Assembly (NCBI GenBank): GCA_005400705.1
Contig: GCA_005400705.1_4079.1
Source of the DNA: Escherichia coli
GTDB lineage: Bacteria; Pseudomonadota; Gammaproteobacteria; Enterobacterales; Enterobacteriaceae
Reading direction: 5' to 3' (one strand)
DNA: 64,000 nt
Below are positions 37,594-52,807 of the stretch, piece after piece (the stretch's first letter is position 1; every line of letters begins with the position of its first letter). The translations under genes and the position numbers were made by a program. The notes under the pieces were generated by a model. That model worked only from the letters and a program-made list of their open reading frames with translations, ran no database searches and had not been told where the DNA came from.

Positions 37594-38311
37594 AAAGAAA
37601 TTTATTCCATTTTGGATGGTCCCTGCTCACTGGGGACTTTCTGGAAAGGCAAAAGAGATAGCTAAAGCATACTACTACAATGATGATTATGAAGCTGATA
37701 TGAAAGTTGCTGAATTGACATATCTAACTCCATATGAAGTTGAAGTGGCCCAATTGGATATTAAAAAGAAATATAGCGTAATTGGAGATTTGGAATATCT
37801 AATTGCTGCACTTGATGTTGAACTAAAATATTCTAAAATTACTCGTGAACAGTATGATGTTAAAGTTCTTGATGCAAAACTAAGTATTGGAGTTATTACA
37901 GAAAAAGAATATGATATGGAAATCATTGAGTTAATGCCAGAAGGTGATGAAAAAAGGCTTAAGGCTATTGAATTTGCATATCGTTACGATGAAATCACAC
38001 AAAGTGAATATTCTAAGGAAATATACACACTTCGTAAAGAACCTTGGATTGATTTGGATGTTGTTCTTGATCCTGAAACTAATGAAGTTGAGTTTGTATT
38101 TGACTATAATGAATATTTCTGGAAAAAGTTGAAAGCTGAAGGTCATCCAGGAAATGATGAAGAAGAAATTATCGATAACTTTGTGAGAGACTTGGGGCGT
38201 AAACTTGCTACGGATGATTTCAGTGATGATTACGACACAAAGCTGGTGAGTGCGAACGAAGGATTAGACAAGCTACCTGGTTTGCCTGAAGGATTTCGTT
38301 CATATAGATAA
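37586..38311 (+). CDS. hypothetical protein
   Basis: Track ORF from TTG 37574, ATG at 37586. Confidence 0.5.
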   Translation: MAKKKFIPFWMVPAHWGLSGKAKEIAKAYYYNDDYEADMKVAELTYLTPYEVEVAQLDIKKKYSVIGDLEYLIAALDVELKYSKITREQYDVKVLDAKLSIGVITEKEYDMEIIELMPEGDEKRLKAIEFAYRYDEITQSEYSKEIYTLRKEPWIDLDVVLDPETNEVEFVFDYNEYFWKKLKAEGHPGNDEEEIIDNFVRDLGRKLATDDFSDDYDTKLVSANEGLDKLPGLPEGFRSYR

Positions 38312-38323
38312 CATATAAAAAAA

Positions 38324-38350
38324 GGAGAGCAAATGCTCTCCTTTTCTTTT
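38324..38350. terminator. bidirectional rho-independent terminator
   Basis: GGAGAGC-aaat-GCTCTCC with TTTTCTTTT downstream on plus and T-run on minus. Confidence 0.65.
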
Positions 38351-38358
38351 GAAAAATA

Positions 38359-39048
38359 TTAAACCAATGCTGGGATGTATTGGAAAAGTTTAACACCGAA
38401 ATCACCTGCTGCATCAGCAGATTGGGAACGTAGGTAAACTTCGGTAACACCATCTTTAGCAAGTAGTGGAACACCAGTTAGATCATCAATTAGTAGACGG
38501 CCTTCTTCGGATTCAGTACTTGGTACACCTTGTGGTGATTTAAGATCTTTGTTAAAGACACCCGCACGTTCAACTAGGAAGGTAACAACAGAAGCATCAG
38601 CAATACTAACTGAACCTGCACTCAATACACCATCAGGTGCGTTGGTGAAACCAGTAACTGGAAATACTTCAAGACCATTACCTGCGATGTTAGAGGTAGC
38701 GATGATAACCGCACGTTGTTGAACAACATCGACAATACGTTTAACGTTAGTTTGTGCTGCATAAGATGCATTGTAATCAGCTTCTAGTGTGCCAAGAACA
38801 AATGCAGTTCCATCAATACGTTTGATACCTTTATCATTTAGATATGCTAGAATTTCTTCTGGAATATCAGTGTTTAGAAAACGTTGTAGACCAGCATAAG
38901 AAGAAACTGCACCAGTAACTAGAACGTTTACGTCTCCTAGCTTACTGATAGCAATGGATGCTAGGGCGTTAGTGCCACAAAAGTAACCTAGAATACGTTC
39001 AAAGGAATAACCATTGATACGTTCAAAAGAAGTATTAGTATATGACAT
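38359..39048 (-). CDS. putative virion structural protein, paralogue A of tandem pair
   Basis: 229 aa, A/G/V/T/S-rich; shares QQRAV(I/L)..TS...FxNAxP...TF(L/I)xER.xVFNK with the adjacent gene. Confidence 0.55.
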   Translation of the reverse strand: MSYTNTSFERINGYSFERILGYFCGTNALASIAISKLGDVNVLVTGAVSSYAGLQRFLNTDIPEEILAYLNDKGIKRIDGTAFVLGTLEADYNASYAAQTNVKRIVDVVQQRAVIIATSNIAGNGLEVFPVTGFTNAPDGVLSAGSVSIADASVVTFLVERAGVFNKDLKSPQGVPSTESEEGRLLIDDLTGVPLLAKDGVTEVYLRSQSADAAGDFGVKLFQYIPALV

Positions 39049-39062
39049 AATCTATCCTCCTA

Positions 39063-39662
39063 TTATAGTTGAACAGGAAGAGCAGCACGTACTTTAATTG
39101 CTACAGCAGTAGATGCACCTGCATCACCAACACCATCAGTACCTTGACTTACGAAAGTTTTGGTACGGAAAACTTTAGCTTGAGCGATAGACTTAGCTAG
39201 GTCAACAGTTGGATCAACTGGAGCAGGACATGCTGAACCAGGACGAACTTCTTGCTTGTTAAATACGTCTTGACGTTCACAGATGAAAGTCAATGCAACA
39301 GAATTAGCACCACCTGCTACATCAGCACCACTAGTGCCGAACGCAACTACGTTTGGATTAGCATTTTTGAAATCAGCAGGAATAACAACTTCTGAATCAA
39401 GAGCTAGTAGAGAGGTAGTAACTAGAACTGCACGTTGTTGTAGTAGTTGGGTAACCATGAATAGGTTATATTGAGCATTACTTAGAGCAGTTTGATACGC
39501 TTCAGCTTGAACATCAGAACCGTCAGAAGTAACTTTGGTAGTACCTAGTTCAACATCAGTTGGTAGATCGATTACGATGGTAACGAAACCGTTATTACCA
39601 CCCCACCATTCGCGAGCAACGCTAGACATACCATAGTTACGGTTAAAAGAATTAAGACTCAT
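39063..39662 (-). CDS. putative virion structural protein, paralogue B of tandem pair
   Basis: 199 aa; AAGGAGA RBS; TTTGATAAATAA repeats upstream on minus strand. Confidence 0.55.
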   Translation of the reverse strand: MSLNSFNRNYGMSSVAREWWGGNNGFVTIVIDLPTDVELGTTKVTSDGSDVQAEAYQTALSNAQYNLFMVTQLLQQRAVLVTTSLLALDSEVVIPADFKNANPNVVAFGTSGADVAGGANSVALTFICERQDVFNKQEVRPGSACPAPVDPTVDLAKSIAQAKVFRTKTFVSQGTDGVGDAGASTAVAIKVRAALPVQL

Positions 39663-39785
39663 GAAAATCTCCTTGTCAAATTTTGTGCAGGTATATCCTG
39701 CTTAAAGTTATTTATCAAAAAATATCACTAGCATTTAAATTTACTGAGATATTTAATGAATTTCTATGATATTATTTATCAAATC

Positions 39786-39814
39786 TGGGAAAGTGATTCA
39801 AGATGTGCTATAAT
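39786..39814 (+). promoter_or_regulatory. promoter, TGGGAA-N17-TATAAT class with TGTGC extended -10
   Basis: TGGGAA 39786-39791, TATAAT 39809-39814. Confidence 0.5.
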
Positions 39815-39823
39815 TATCAATGA

Positions 39824-45081
<5,258 letters not shown>

Positions 45082-45091
45082 TTAAAAAATA

Positions 45092-45120
45092 TGGGACAGT
45101 ATAAAAACCTGTGCTATAAT
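45092..45120 (+). promoter_or_regulatory. promoter, TGGGAC-N17-TATAAT class with TGTGC extended -10
   Basis: TGGGAC 45092-45097, TATAAT 45115-45120; second tandem copy upstream of SSB gene. Confidence 0.5.
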
Positions 45121-45207
45121 GTAAAACGTTGAAGGAACAATGAAGTTTCTGAAACATTGAAGCCAATTAACAAATAACAAAGAAACCCAAAATCAAGGAA
45201 GATATAT

Positions 45208-46260
45208 ATGAAATCTCTAGCTGAAATTCGTGCACACCTAAAAGCAGAACAAGAAAAAGCAGAAGCTCAAAAGAATGGTACATTTACTGGCGAGCGTAAA
45301 GCTGATTCGTTCTTAGCTTTCTGGAACGTACCTTATAACGAACCACTAAACCTACGTTTTCTACCAGATGCAGATGAGTCTAACCCATTCTTCTGGCGTG
45401 AACGTGACATGATTAACCTAACTTTCAATGGTGTAGTCGGTATGCACACTGATAAAGTTACCGTTCAAGTACCTTGTAACGAAATGTGGGTTCCTAAATC
45501 CTGTCCGGTTCTGAAAGAAGTACGTCAATGGTTCCAAAGTGCGAATGAAACAGGGAACGAAGAACTAAAAGCAATGGCTGGTCGTTACTGGAAGAAGAAA
45601 ACCTATCTAATGCAATGTTTTATTGCTCCTGATAGCGTTGCAGTAAAAGACGACATTGCACCAGAAAATCCAATTCGTCGTATTCTGGCTAACAAAGATA
45701 TCTTTGATAAAGTTAAATCCATCCTGCTAAACCCAGGCATCAAAGAGTCTCCAACTCACTACGTTCAAGGTCGTGATTTTGGTATTGTTAAAACTAAGAA
45801 TGGTGGTGGTTATAATAGCTACGACATGTCTCAATTCTCCATGTCTGAGCGTCCACTAAACGAAGAAGAACTAGCAGCAATTGAAAAATATGGCCTATAC
45901 AATCTAAATGATTTTATGCCAAAACAACCAACTCCAGAAGAGTTGAAAGCAATTGAAGAAATGTTCGAAGCATCAGTAAATGGTGAAGCATATGATCCAG
46001 CACGTTGGGCATTTGCATATCGTCCAGCAGGTGTACCAAAACCTAACTCTGGAACTGTTACTGAATCAAAACCAACTCCTGCTCCAGTACAACAAGAGTC
46101 AGCACCTGCACCAGTAGCACCTACTGCTCCAGTTACACCAGCCCAACAAGCTGCTCCAGTAACTCCAGTCGCTACCCCAGCAGCAACCACTCCTGAAGCA
46201 CCAAAAGAACAACTATCTGCATCTGCACTAGTTGCTCGTTTGAAACAACAAGGTAAGTAA
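45208..46260 (+). CDS. gp32: single-stranded DNA-binding protein (gp32-like)
   Basis: LRFLPDADESNPFF resembles gp32 RFLP motif region as recalled; low-complexity Pro/Ala/Thr-rich C-terminal tail. Confidence 0.65.
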   Translation: MKSLAEIRAHLKAEQEKAEAQKNGTFTGERKADSFLAFWNVPYNEPLNLRFLPDADESNPFFWRERDMINLTFNGVVGMHTDKVTVQVPCNEMWVPKSCPVLKEVRQWFQSANETGNEELKAMAGRYWKKKTYLMQCFIAPDSVAVKDDIAPENPIRRILANKDIFDKVKSILLNPGIKESPTHYVQGRDFGIVKTKNGGGYNSYDMSQFSMSERPLNEEELAAIEKYGLYNLNDFMPKQPTPEELKAIEEMFEASVNGEAYDPARWAFAYRPAGVPKPNSGTVTESKPTPAPVQQESAPAPVAPTAPVTPAQQAAPVTPVATPAATTPEAPKEQLSASALVARLKQQGK

Positions 46261-46278
46261 TAGTTTTTGAAAAGTTAA

Positions 46279-46308
46279 GGGGCAACGGAGTTTGCCCCGT
46301 TTTATTTC
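46279..46308 (+). terminator. rho-independent terminator after gp32-like gene
   Basis: GGGGCAA-cggagt-TTGCCCC followed by GTTTTATTT. Confidence 0.7.
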
Positions 46309-46329
46309 ATAAAATTCAAGGAGCGAATT

Positions 46330-47448
46330 ATGAAAATGACAAGTGGTTTTGCGAACATTCTTAAAAACAGTACTGGTAGTGTTAAAAAGAATACTGGTGT
46401 TAGTGTTGGTTTTCATGATCCAGATACATGGGTTAGTACTGGTAACTATGCACTAAATTATCGCATCAGTGGCTATTTTGACCGTGGTATCCCACTAGGC
46501 AAAGTAACGATGTTTGCTGGTGAATCAGGTAGTGGTAAATCTTTTATCGTATCTGGTAATATTGCACGTGAAGCTCAAAAACAAGGCATCTTTGTTGTTA
46601 TGATTGACTCAGAGAACGCATTGGATTCAGATTGGCTTCAAGCACTTGGTGTTGACACTTCTGAAGAAAAACTTTTGAAAGTCAATATGGGTATGATTGG
46701 TGACGTTGCAAAATTCACCTATGAGTTCATTGAAGGATATCGTAAAGAATACGAAAATACACCTAAAGATGAACGTCAAAAAGTATTGTTTATTATTGAT
46801 TCAATTGGTATGCTAAACACTGAAGTAGCCAATGATCAAATGAAAGCGGGTAACCTTAAAGGTGACATGGGTCATAAACCCAAACAGCTTAAAGCATATA
46901 TCACAAACTGTGTAAACTCTATTGGTTCATTGAACATTGGTATGGTTTGCGTTAACCACAGTTATGAATCTCAGGACATGTTTAACCCAGATCCTAAAGT
47001 TTCAGGTGGTAGTGGTTTGATTTATGCTTCATCTATGGTTATCGCAATGGGTAAATTAAAACTTAAAGAAGATGAAGACGGAAATAAAACTTCCGAAGTA
47101 AATGGTATTCGTGCTAAATGTAAAGTCATGAAGACTCGTTACAACAAGCCGTTTGAAGATGTAGAAATTAAAATTCCTTGGGATAAAGGTATGGACCCAC
47201 GTAGTGGTCTACTAGATATGTTTGAAAAATACGGTCTAATCACTAAATCAGGTAACCGTCTATTGTATGTTGATATTGTAACTGGCGAACAGATTCTAAA
47301 ATATCGCAAAGAGTGGATGCGTAATGAAGATTCATGTCTTGATTTGGTAATGCATCAATTTAAAAATCATCCTTTGATTGAAGAAGTTAAAGAAGAAGAA
47401 AAAGGTGATGAAACTTTTGGTACTGATGTGGATATTAGTGAGGAATAA
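46330..47448 (+). CDS. uvsX: recombinase UvsX (RecA-like)
   Basis: Walker A GESGSGKS; KGMDPRSGLLDMFEKYGLITK closely resembles T4 UvsX C-terminal motif. Confidence 0.85.
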   Translation: MKMTSGFANILKNSTGSVKKNTGVSVGFHDPDTWVSTGNYALNYRISGYFDRGIPLGKVTMFAGESGSGKSFIVSGNIAREAQKQGIFVVMIDSENALDSDWLQALGVDTSEEKLLKVNMGMIGDVAKFTYEFIEGYRKEYENTPKDERQKVLFIIDSIGMLNTEVANDQMKAGNLKGDMGHKPKQLKAYITNCVNSIGSLNIGMVCVNHSYESQDMFNPDPKVSGGSGLIYASSMVIAMGKLKLKEDEDGNKTSEVNGIRAKCKVMKTRYNKPFEDVEIKIPWDKGMDPRSGLLDMFEKYGLITKSGNRLLYVDIVTGEQILKYRKEWMRNEDSCLDLVMHQFKNHPLIEEVKEEEKGDETFGTDVDISEE

Positions 47449-47909
47449 TGAAACCTTGGCATTGGATTATCAAAGATGATAAATCTAAAATTATTGAAAT
47501 GATTGAGTTCTTTAACAAAGAAGTTGAAGAAGCTCGTCGTGAAGTAAAGAAGATTGGCATCATTGAAAAAATTGCTCAAGAGATTCCTGGCTGGCATGAG
47601 ACGCGTCTAAGCCAGCTTCAAGAACTTGAAGCAGTATTGGAAATGTTAGAAATTGAAATGCGTCAGGTACAAGCCGAGAAGTTCAAATACTTTCTCGAAG
47701 GATACCGCCGTGCACTATCTTCATCTGACTGTAAAAAGTATGTTGAAGGTGATAAAGATGTTTGTGAGTTAGCAGAACTTATAAACGAGGTATCTTATAT
47801 AAGAAATACATATTCAAGTATTGTTAAATCCTTAGAGATGAAAGCTTTTCAGTTAAACAATATTGTGAGACTACGTGCCGCTGGTATTGAGGATGCACGT
47901 TTAGAATAA
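47448..47909 (+). CDS. hypothetical protein (possible recombination accessory protein by position)
   Basis: 153-aa ORF coupled to uvsX stop. Confidence 0.45.
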   Translation: MKPWHWIIKDDKSKIIEMIEFFNKEVEEARREVKKIGIIEKIAQEIPGWHETRLSQLQELEAVLEMLEIEMRQVQAEKFKYFLEGYRRALSSSDCKKYVEGDKDVCELAELINEVSYIRNTYSSIVKSLEMKAFQLNNIVRLRAAGIEDARLE

Positions 47910-47917
47910 TTATCATT

Positions 47918-47944
47918 AAGGACGCATATCGCGTCCTTTTTCTA
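47918..47944 (+). terminator. rho-independent terminator
   Basis: AAGGACGC-atat-GCGTCCTT followed by TTT. Confidence 0.6.
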
Positions 47945-47956
47945 TGCGAGAATAAA

Positions 47957-48775
47957 ATGACAAAATTAAATGAGTTTTTATCAAATGTAGCAGTTCTAGA
48001 TACTGAAACTACTGGGGTTGAGAGTGAAGATGATATTATTGAATTTAGTATCTCGTATCCACATACTTCACATGAAAACATTGATACTATTGATAACTAT
48101 ACATTGAGATACAAACCCTTGAAAGATATTCCACCAGAGGCATCTGCTGTGCACTTTATCAGTACTGAGGATGTAGCTAATTGTGTTGGGTATAAAGATG
48201 ATTTAGATAACATTGATGCACTTATGGGCTGCCGTAAGTATTTTGTTGGTCATAATGTACAATTTGACCGTAGAATGATGGTAGATAACGAATATAAATA
48301 TCGTAACTCAATTTCACAGTACTTACTTGATGAAAATAAATGGATTTGTACCCTTCGTCTTGCTAAGAAAATGTTCGCAGAAGATATTGAATTTAAAAAC
48401 TTAACTCTAAGTTATTTGTGGTATAAGTTTGGATGTTATCGTGATGTTCATCGACCTGTTAATGCACACGCAGCAAAAGACGATGTGTTTATGTGTTATC
48501 AGGTTCTAATCAAATTAGTTGAAATTGCAATCGAACGTGGATATATCGAACCTAATGGTGATATTGGTGAGCAAATTGTAACTTTCTGCAACACACCAAT
48601 GCGTTATCAATTCATGCCATTTGGTAAACACAAAGGTGAGCCAATGAGTACAGTTCCATTGAATTACATTGAATGGATGATTACTAATAGTGACATTTTA
48701 GATGCAAGTAACCCTAACTGTGATAAAGATTTAGTATATACATTTGAGTACGAATATAATACTCGAACTAATTAA
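47957..48775 (+). CDS. DEDDh-family 3'-5' exonuclease (DnaQ-like; possibly dexA-like)
   Basis: Exo I motif VLDTETTG near N-terminus; later H and D residues in DnaQ-like order. Confidence 0.6.
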   Translation: MTKLNEFLSNVAVLDTETTGVESEDDIIEFSISYPHTSHENIDTIDNYTLRYKPLKDIPPEASAVHFISTEDVANCVGYKDDLDNIDALMGCRKYFVGHNVQFDRRMMVDNEYKYRNSISQYLLDENKWICTLRLAKKMFAEDIEFKNLTLSYLWYKFGCYRDVHRPVNAHAAKDDVFMCYQVLIKLVEIAIERGYIEPNGDIGEQIVTFCNTPMRYQFMPFGKHKGEPMSTVPLNYIEWMITNSDILDASNPNCDKDLVYTFEYEYNTRTN

Positions 48776-48790
48776 TAAAGGTAATCATGG

Positions 48791-50275
48791 ATGAAAACTT
48801 GTAAGTTAACCTTATTGGATGAGGTGAATTGTAAATTTGAGGGACTTGATCCCTCAATTAGACAAAAGATGATTCGTGCAACTGAATATGTGTTACCATA
48901 TGCAAAGTTCACACCAGCAGGACGTATTGGACGTTGGGATGGTAAAGTTCAGTTTATGAATTTAGGCGGGACAACTTATTATCATATGTTAGATAAGTTA
49001 TTGCCTATTCTTGATGAAGCTAAGATTGACATTGAATTAGTAGATCATAGGGTAGATTATGGATTTAAATTTGACCCCATTGATGAAGATATTTTTAGTG
49101 ATGTTGTATTCGGTGCAGGACACCACATGGAAGGTAAATCCATAAAACTACGTGAACATCAAGTTAATGCGGTTAATGCATGTTTGGCTAATCCACACGG
49201 ACTACTATTGGCAGCTACTGGTGCAGGTAAAACTCTCATTACTGCTGCATTGTCAAAGAAAGTGCAAGAGTATGGACGTTCTGTTATAATAGTACCAAGT
49301 ACTGACTTAGTACAACAAACATATGATGACTACATTATGTGTGGGTTGGATACTGGCATGTTCTATGGTTCACAAAAAGATTTTGGTCACCAACATACTA
49401 TTACGACTTGGCAATCATTTAACTCTCTATGGAAGAAAACCAAGAAAGGTGAAATTGAATTAACTGAACAAGACGTGAATGATTTTATCGATGGAGTAGT
49501 TTGTGTTATCGTTGATGAGTGTCAAGGTGCAGGCGGTGACGCATTAGTTCAAGTACTTTCTAAAGTTATGAATAACGTACCATTACGTTGGGGTCTTACT
49601 GGAACAATTCCTAAAGATCCGGTAGTTGCCGCGAAAATCAAATGTAATGTTGGTGATGTTATATTTAAAATAACTGCAAAGGAATTACAAGATAAACAAA
49701 TACTAAGTACATGTAATGTGAATTGCATCAAACTAAAAAGTAGTATGAAGTTTGCATCATATGCTGAAGAGTTGAAATACTTAGTAACTGACAGAGATAG
49801 GATGGCATATGTAGCGTCATTGATATCTGCGTTATCTGAATCAGGAAACACTTTAGTTTTAGTAGATAGACTTGAAGCAGGTGAGTTGCTATGTGAATTT
49901 TTAGGCATTCCCAAATCAGAATTCGTTCGTGGAGAAACTAAAAAGAAAGATCGAGAATCATCTTATGGTGAAATTCGTTGGGCTGATAATAAAATACTTA
50001 TTGCGACATACGGCGTTGCCAGTACTGGTATTAGTATTTCAAGGTTATATAATGTAGTATTGATTGAGCCAGGAAAAAGTTTTGTAAGAACTATACAGTC
50101 AATTGGACGTGGATTACGCCGAGCAGAAGATAAAGACCACGTAGAAATATATGATATTAGTGGTTCTAATAAGTATAGTGCCAAGCATTTACGAGAACGT
50201 TTAGCTTACTATAAGGAAGCACAATATCCTCATAGTATAATAGATGTTAAAGATTGGGAAAACACAGCGGGATAA
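48791..50275 (+). CDS. uvsW: UvsW-like SF2 helicase
   Basis: RIGRWDGKVQFMN resembles UvsW N-terminal motif; Walker A ATGAGKT, DEAH-like VDECQ, C-terminal QSIGRGLRR. Confidence 0.8.
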   Translation: MKTCKLTLLDEVNCKFEGLDPSIRQKMIRATEYVLPYAKFTPAGRIGRWDGKVQFMNLGGTTYYHMLDKLLPILDEAKIDIELVDHRVDYGFKFDPIDEDIFSDVVFGAGHHMEGKSIKLREHQVNAVNACLANPHGLLLAATGAGKTLITAALSKKVQEYGRSVIIVPSTDLVQQTYDDYIMCGLDTGMFYGSQKDFGHQHTITTWQSFNSLWKKTKKGEIELTEQDVNDFIDGVVCVIVDECQGAGGDALVQVLSKVMNNVPLRWGLTGTIPKDPVVAAKIKCNVGDVIFKITAKELQDKQILSTCNVNCIKLKSSMKFASYAEELKYLVTDRDRMAYVASLISALSESGNTLVLVDRLEAGELLCEFLGIPKSEFVRGETKKKDRESSYGEIRWADNKILIATYGVASTGISISRLYNVVLIEPGKSFVRTIQSIGRGLRRAEDKDHVEIYDISGSNKYSAKHLRERLAYYKEAQYPHSIIDVKDWENTAG

Positions 50276-50296
50276 ACCCGCTGTTTGTGATATAAT
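50268..50296 (+). promoter_or_regulatory. promoter, CGGGAT-N17-TATAAT class (weaker -35), overlapping CAGCGGG/CCCGCTG hairpin
   Basis: TATAAT 50291-50296 preceded by TGTGA; hairpin 50265-50283 overlaps uvsW stop. Confidence 0.4.
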
Positions 50297-50330
50297 GTGT
50301 CATATGACAACAACAAGGATGTAAAATAAA

Positions 50331-50759
50331 ATGGAATTGAGATCTAGTATTGCTTTTATTTGTGACCAAGAAACTTTAGAAGTTATGGATGTATTGTTGA
50401 ACGATGATGGTATTATGGATGACATGGTATCTTCTCTTGACTATATACCTGAGCTAGAAACGGATGATACTAACGTATGGAGATGTAATATTGATAGTGA
50501 TTCTTGGATTAATATCTATGAATTACAGACACGAATTGATTCTAAAGTAGAATCATTGAAATATGATATCATCTATGCAAGTACTGACACGAAAACTTTT
50601 ATTGATGTAGTAAGTCTAAGTGGTAATTTTGATTCATATCTGGATACTGATGTAGATAAAATTCAAGAGATGTGTGAAACTTATGGACTTGAATTTTATG
50701 GGGTAGAAGACCAAGATGATGAAGAATATTATGATGACGAAGAAGATTCGCAGTACTAA
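50331..50759 (+). CDS. highly acidic hypothetical protein
   Basis: 142 aa, Asp/Glu-rich with DDEEYYDDEEDSQY tail. Confidence 0.5.
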   Translation: MELRSSIAFICDQETLEVMDVLLNDDGIMDDMVSSLDYIPELETDDTNVWRCNIDSDSWINIYELQTRIDSKVESLKYDIIYASTDTKTFIDVVSLSGNFDSYLDTDVDKIQEMCETYGLEFYGVEDQDDEEYYDDEEDSQY

Positions 50760-50768
50760 GGAGATGAC

Positions 50769-51266
50769 ATGAACGTATTAACACCTGAAAATAATTCTTT
50801 TGACATGGATTTAGTAACAGAACATATCCCTGAAGAAATGTATTGTGTTTTGGATCTAAGCCCAAATGGTGAATCTGATTTTTATTTTAGACATATTCTA
50901 AACACCGTATCATTTAATAGTATTAGTGCTGATCTTCAAATTGGTGAAAAGATTATTCAAGTGCCTCTAGGATGGCAAATTATGTTAGGTGATGAAGAAA
51001 CTGGTATGGTTGAGATGTGTACAATTGAAAACATTCTTAACATGAAAGAACCAAAAGCTTTTGTTTACAATCCTATCCGTTCAATGTATCCTAAGTTTGA
51101 ACCAGTCAAAGTACTACGTGTATTTGCATTAACTACAAAGTGGCAGATACCAATGTTACCTAAAAAGAATTTACTATGCGTCCCACTACATAGTGGTGAA
51201 AATCCACCATGTGTGTACTTTGCAGATGAAAACGAAAAAATTCAAGATTTGTATCTAGGAGTATAA
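50769..51266 (+). CDS. hypothetical protein
   Basis: 165-aa track ORF. Confidence 0.5.
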   Translation: MNVLTPENNSFDMDLVTEHIPEEMYCVLDLSPNGESDFYFRHILNTVSFNSISADLQIGEKIIQVPLGWQIMLGDEETGMVEMCTIENILNMKEPKAFVYNPIRSMYPKFEPVKVLRVFALTTKWQIPMLPKKNLLCVPLHSGENPPCVYFADENEKIQDLYLGV

Positions 51267-51270
51267 AATA

Positions 51271-52116
51271 GTGTTTGATTTCAGTGATATTAAAAATAAG
51301 TCGGTCGATGATGATGAAAAACCAACACAGCATTCTTTTTCTATTGCTGAATTTCTAAAACACATTGACCGTGCTGATTATAAGTACTATAATGACATGA
51401 CCGAAAAAGAACGAAAAGAGTTTACTCCATATACTGTTTTGCGATGGGTAAGCTCTTTAGATGATTCGTTACAAGTAACCTACCCTAGTAGTAAAGTTGA
51501 AAGTGTATTTGGAAAATGGAAATCTGGTGGTAAAGAAGCACTGACTGAACTAGTTACTGAATTAAAGTCTTCAGGGACAAATGTTTCATCAGTAACTAAG
51601 TACTGTCATAGTGATTATGATTGGCGTATTAAATTTGCAGTCCAATCAAAAGATGACGCACAAAAATTAATATCATCAATGGTCGAATTTGGTGTATCAG
51701 GTTCCGAAATTGTTTCATTGGTAGATACTGAAGTTGTCAAATACCAACTTATTATGCTAAATGATATGGTTAATGATGGATTTTGGGATATGAAAGAACA
51801 TCCAGAATTAGTATATCAGCTTATGTGTTCAGTGCATGATATGATTGGTGGACAAGAAATGCCACGTAACTGGTTAAACTTTTCTAAGAATTTCAAAAAA
51901 GCAAATAATGAATTATTTGAGTTAATTAAAAGCTCACAACCTGATACTATATCTACTCAAATGAATGAAGATGAGTACAAAATTGTTCTATTACAGTATG
52001 ATAAAAAAACATTTGAGACATTTCTTGACAATAATGGTTTTCAAGATAATGAAAAGAAATCTATGATGAAATTGTTTAAAGAAGAATGTAAAAAATATGG
52101 CAAAGAAATCAAGTAA
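51271..52116 (+). CDS. hypothetical protein
   Basis: GTG start with AGGAG 11 nt upstream. Confidence 0.45.
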   Translation: MFDFSDIKNKSVDDDEKPTQHSFSIAEFLKHIDRADYKYYNDMTEKERKEFTPYTVLRWVSSLDDSLQVTYPSSKVESVFGKWKSGGKEALTELVTELKSSGTNVSSVTKYCHSDYDWRIKFAVQSKDDAQKLISSMVEFGVSGSEIVSLVDTEVVKYQLIMLNDMVNDGFWDMKEHPELVYQLMCSVHDMIGGQEMPRNWLNFSKNFKKANNELFELIKSSQPDTISTQMNEDEYKIVLLQYDKKTFETFLDNNGFQDNEKKSMMKLFKEECKKYGKEIK

Positions 52117-52807
52117 CCAAGTATATACCTGTAGATTTTGTGATCGTGAATTTAAACGTGAAGAAACTGTAAACACACATAAATGTATAAAACGTGACCG
52201 ATACGAAGATCGCCAAAGCCGCCAGATGATGGAGGCTTTTCGTATATATATGCAATTTATGGAATTGAATAAGTTCCCATTTAAAAAAGGCGTAGAGCCT
52301 TTTATTGCTTTTATAAAGTCAAAGTACTTTAATGATTTTTATAATTTTGCCCAATACTATTTGAATAATAGAGATATTATTAATGTGGACGAGTTTGTAA
52401 AGTACTTGATTATCAATAACAAACCAATCACGGAATGGAGTACATATAAAGCAAAAGATGAATGGATATTAAAAACGATTCGTGCCGAGCACCCAAAAGA
52501 AGCAATTGCAAGAAGTGTTATCTCACTGGTTGAATGGGCTGAAAATTTGAATGTACAATGGAATACTTTCTTTGAAAATGTAAGTTCTGCTCGTGCAATT
52601 GCATGGATAGAGAGTGGTAAAATTTCACCTTGGATTATCTGGCTTGCTCCTAAAAAAAGTACTAATAAGTTTTTTAAAAAACTATCAAACTCAGAAATTG
52701 AATATATACTTAAATACATCGATCCAAGTTATTTTGAAATCAAAACTATAAAATACAAAAAGGATTGTGATGAAATTAAGATTATGCTATGTGAGGCAGG
52801 ATTATGA
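52097..52807 (+). CDS. hypothetical protein with N-terminal C2H2-like zinc-finger motif
   Basis: CRFCDREFKREETVNTHKC. Confidence 0.45.
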   Translation: MAKKSSNQVYTCRFCDREFKREETVNTHKCIKRDRYEDRQSRQMMEAFRIYMQFMELNKFPFKKGVEPFIAFIKSKYFNDFYNFAQYYLNNRDIINVDEFVKYLIINNKPITEWSTYKAKDEWILKTIRAEHPKEAIARSVISLVEWAENLNVQWNTFFENVSSARAIAWIESGKISPWIIWLAPKKSTNKFFKKLSNSEIEYILKYIDPSYFEIKTIKYKKDCDEIKIMLCEAGL

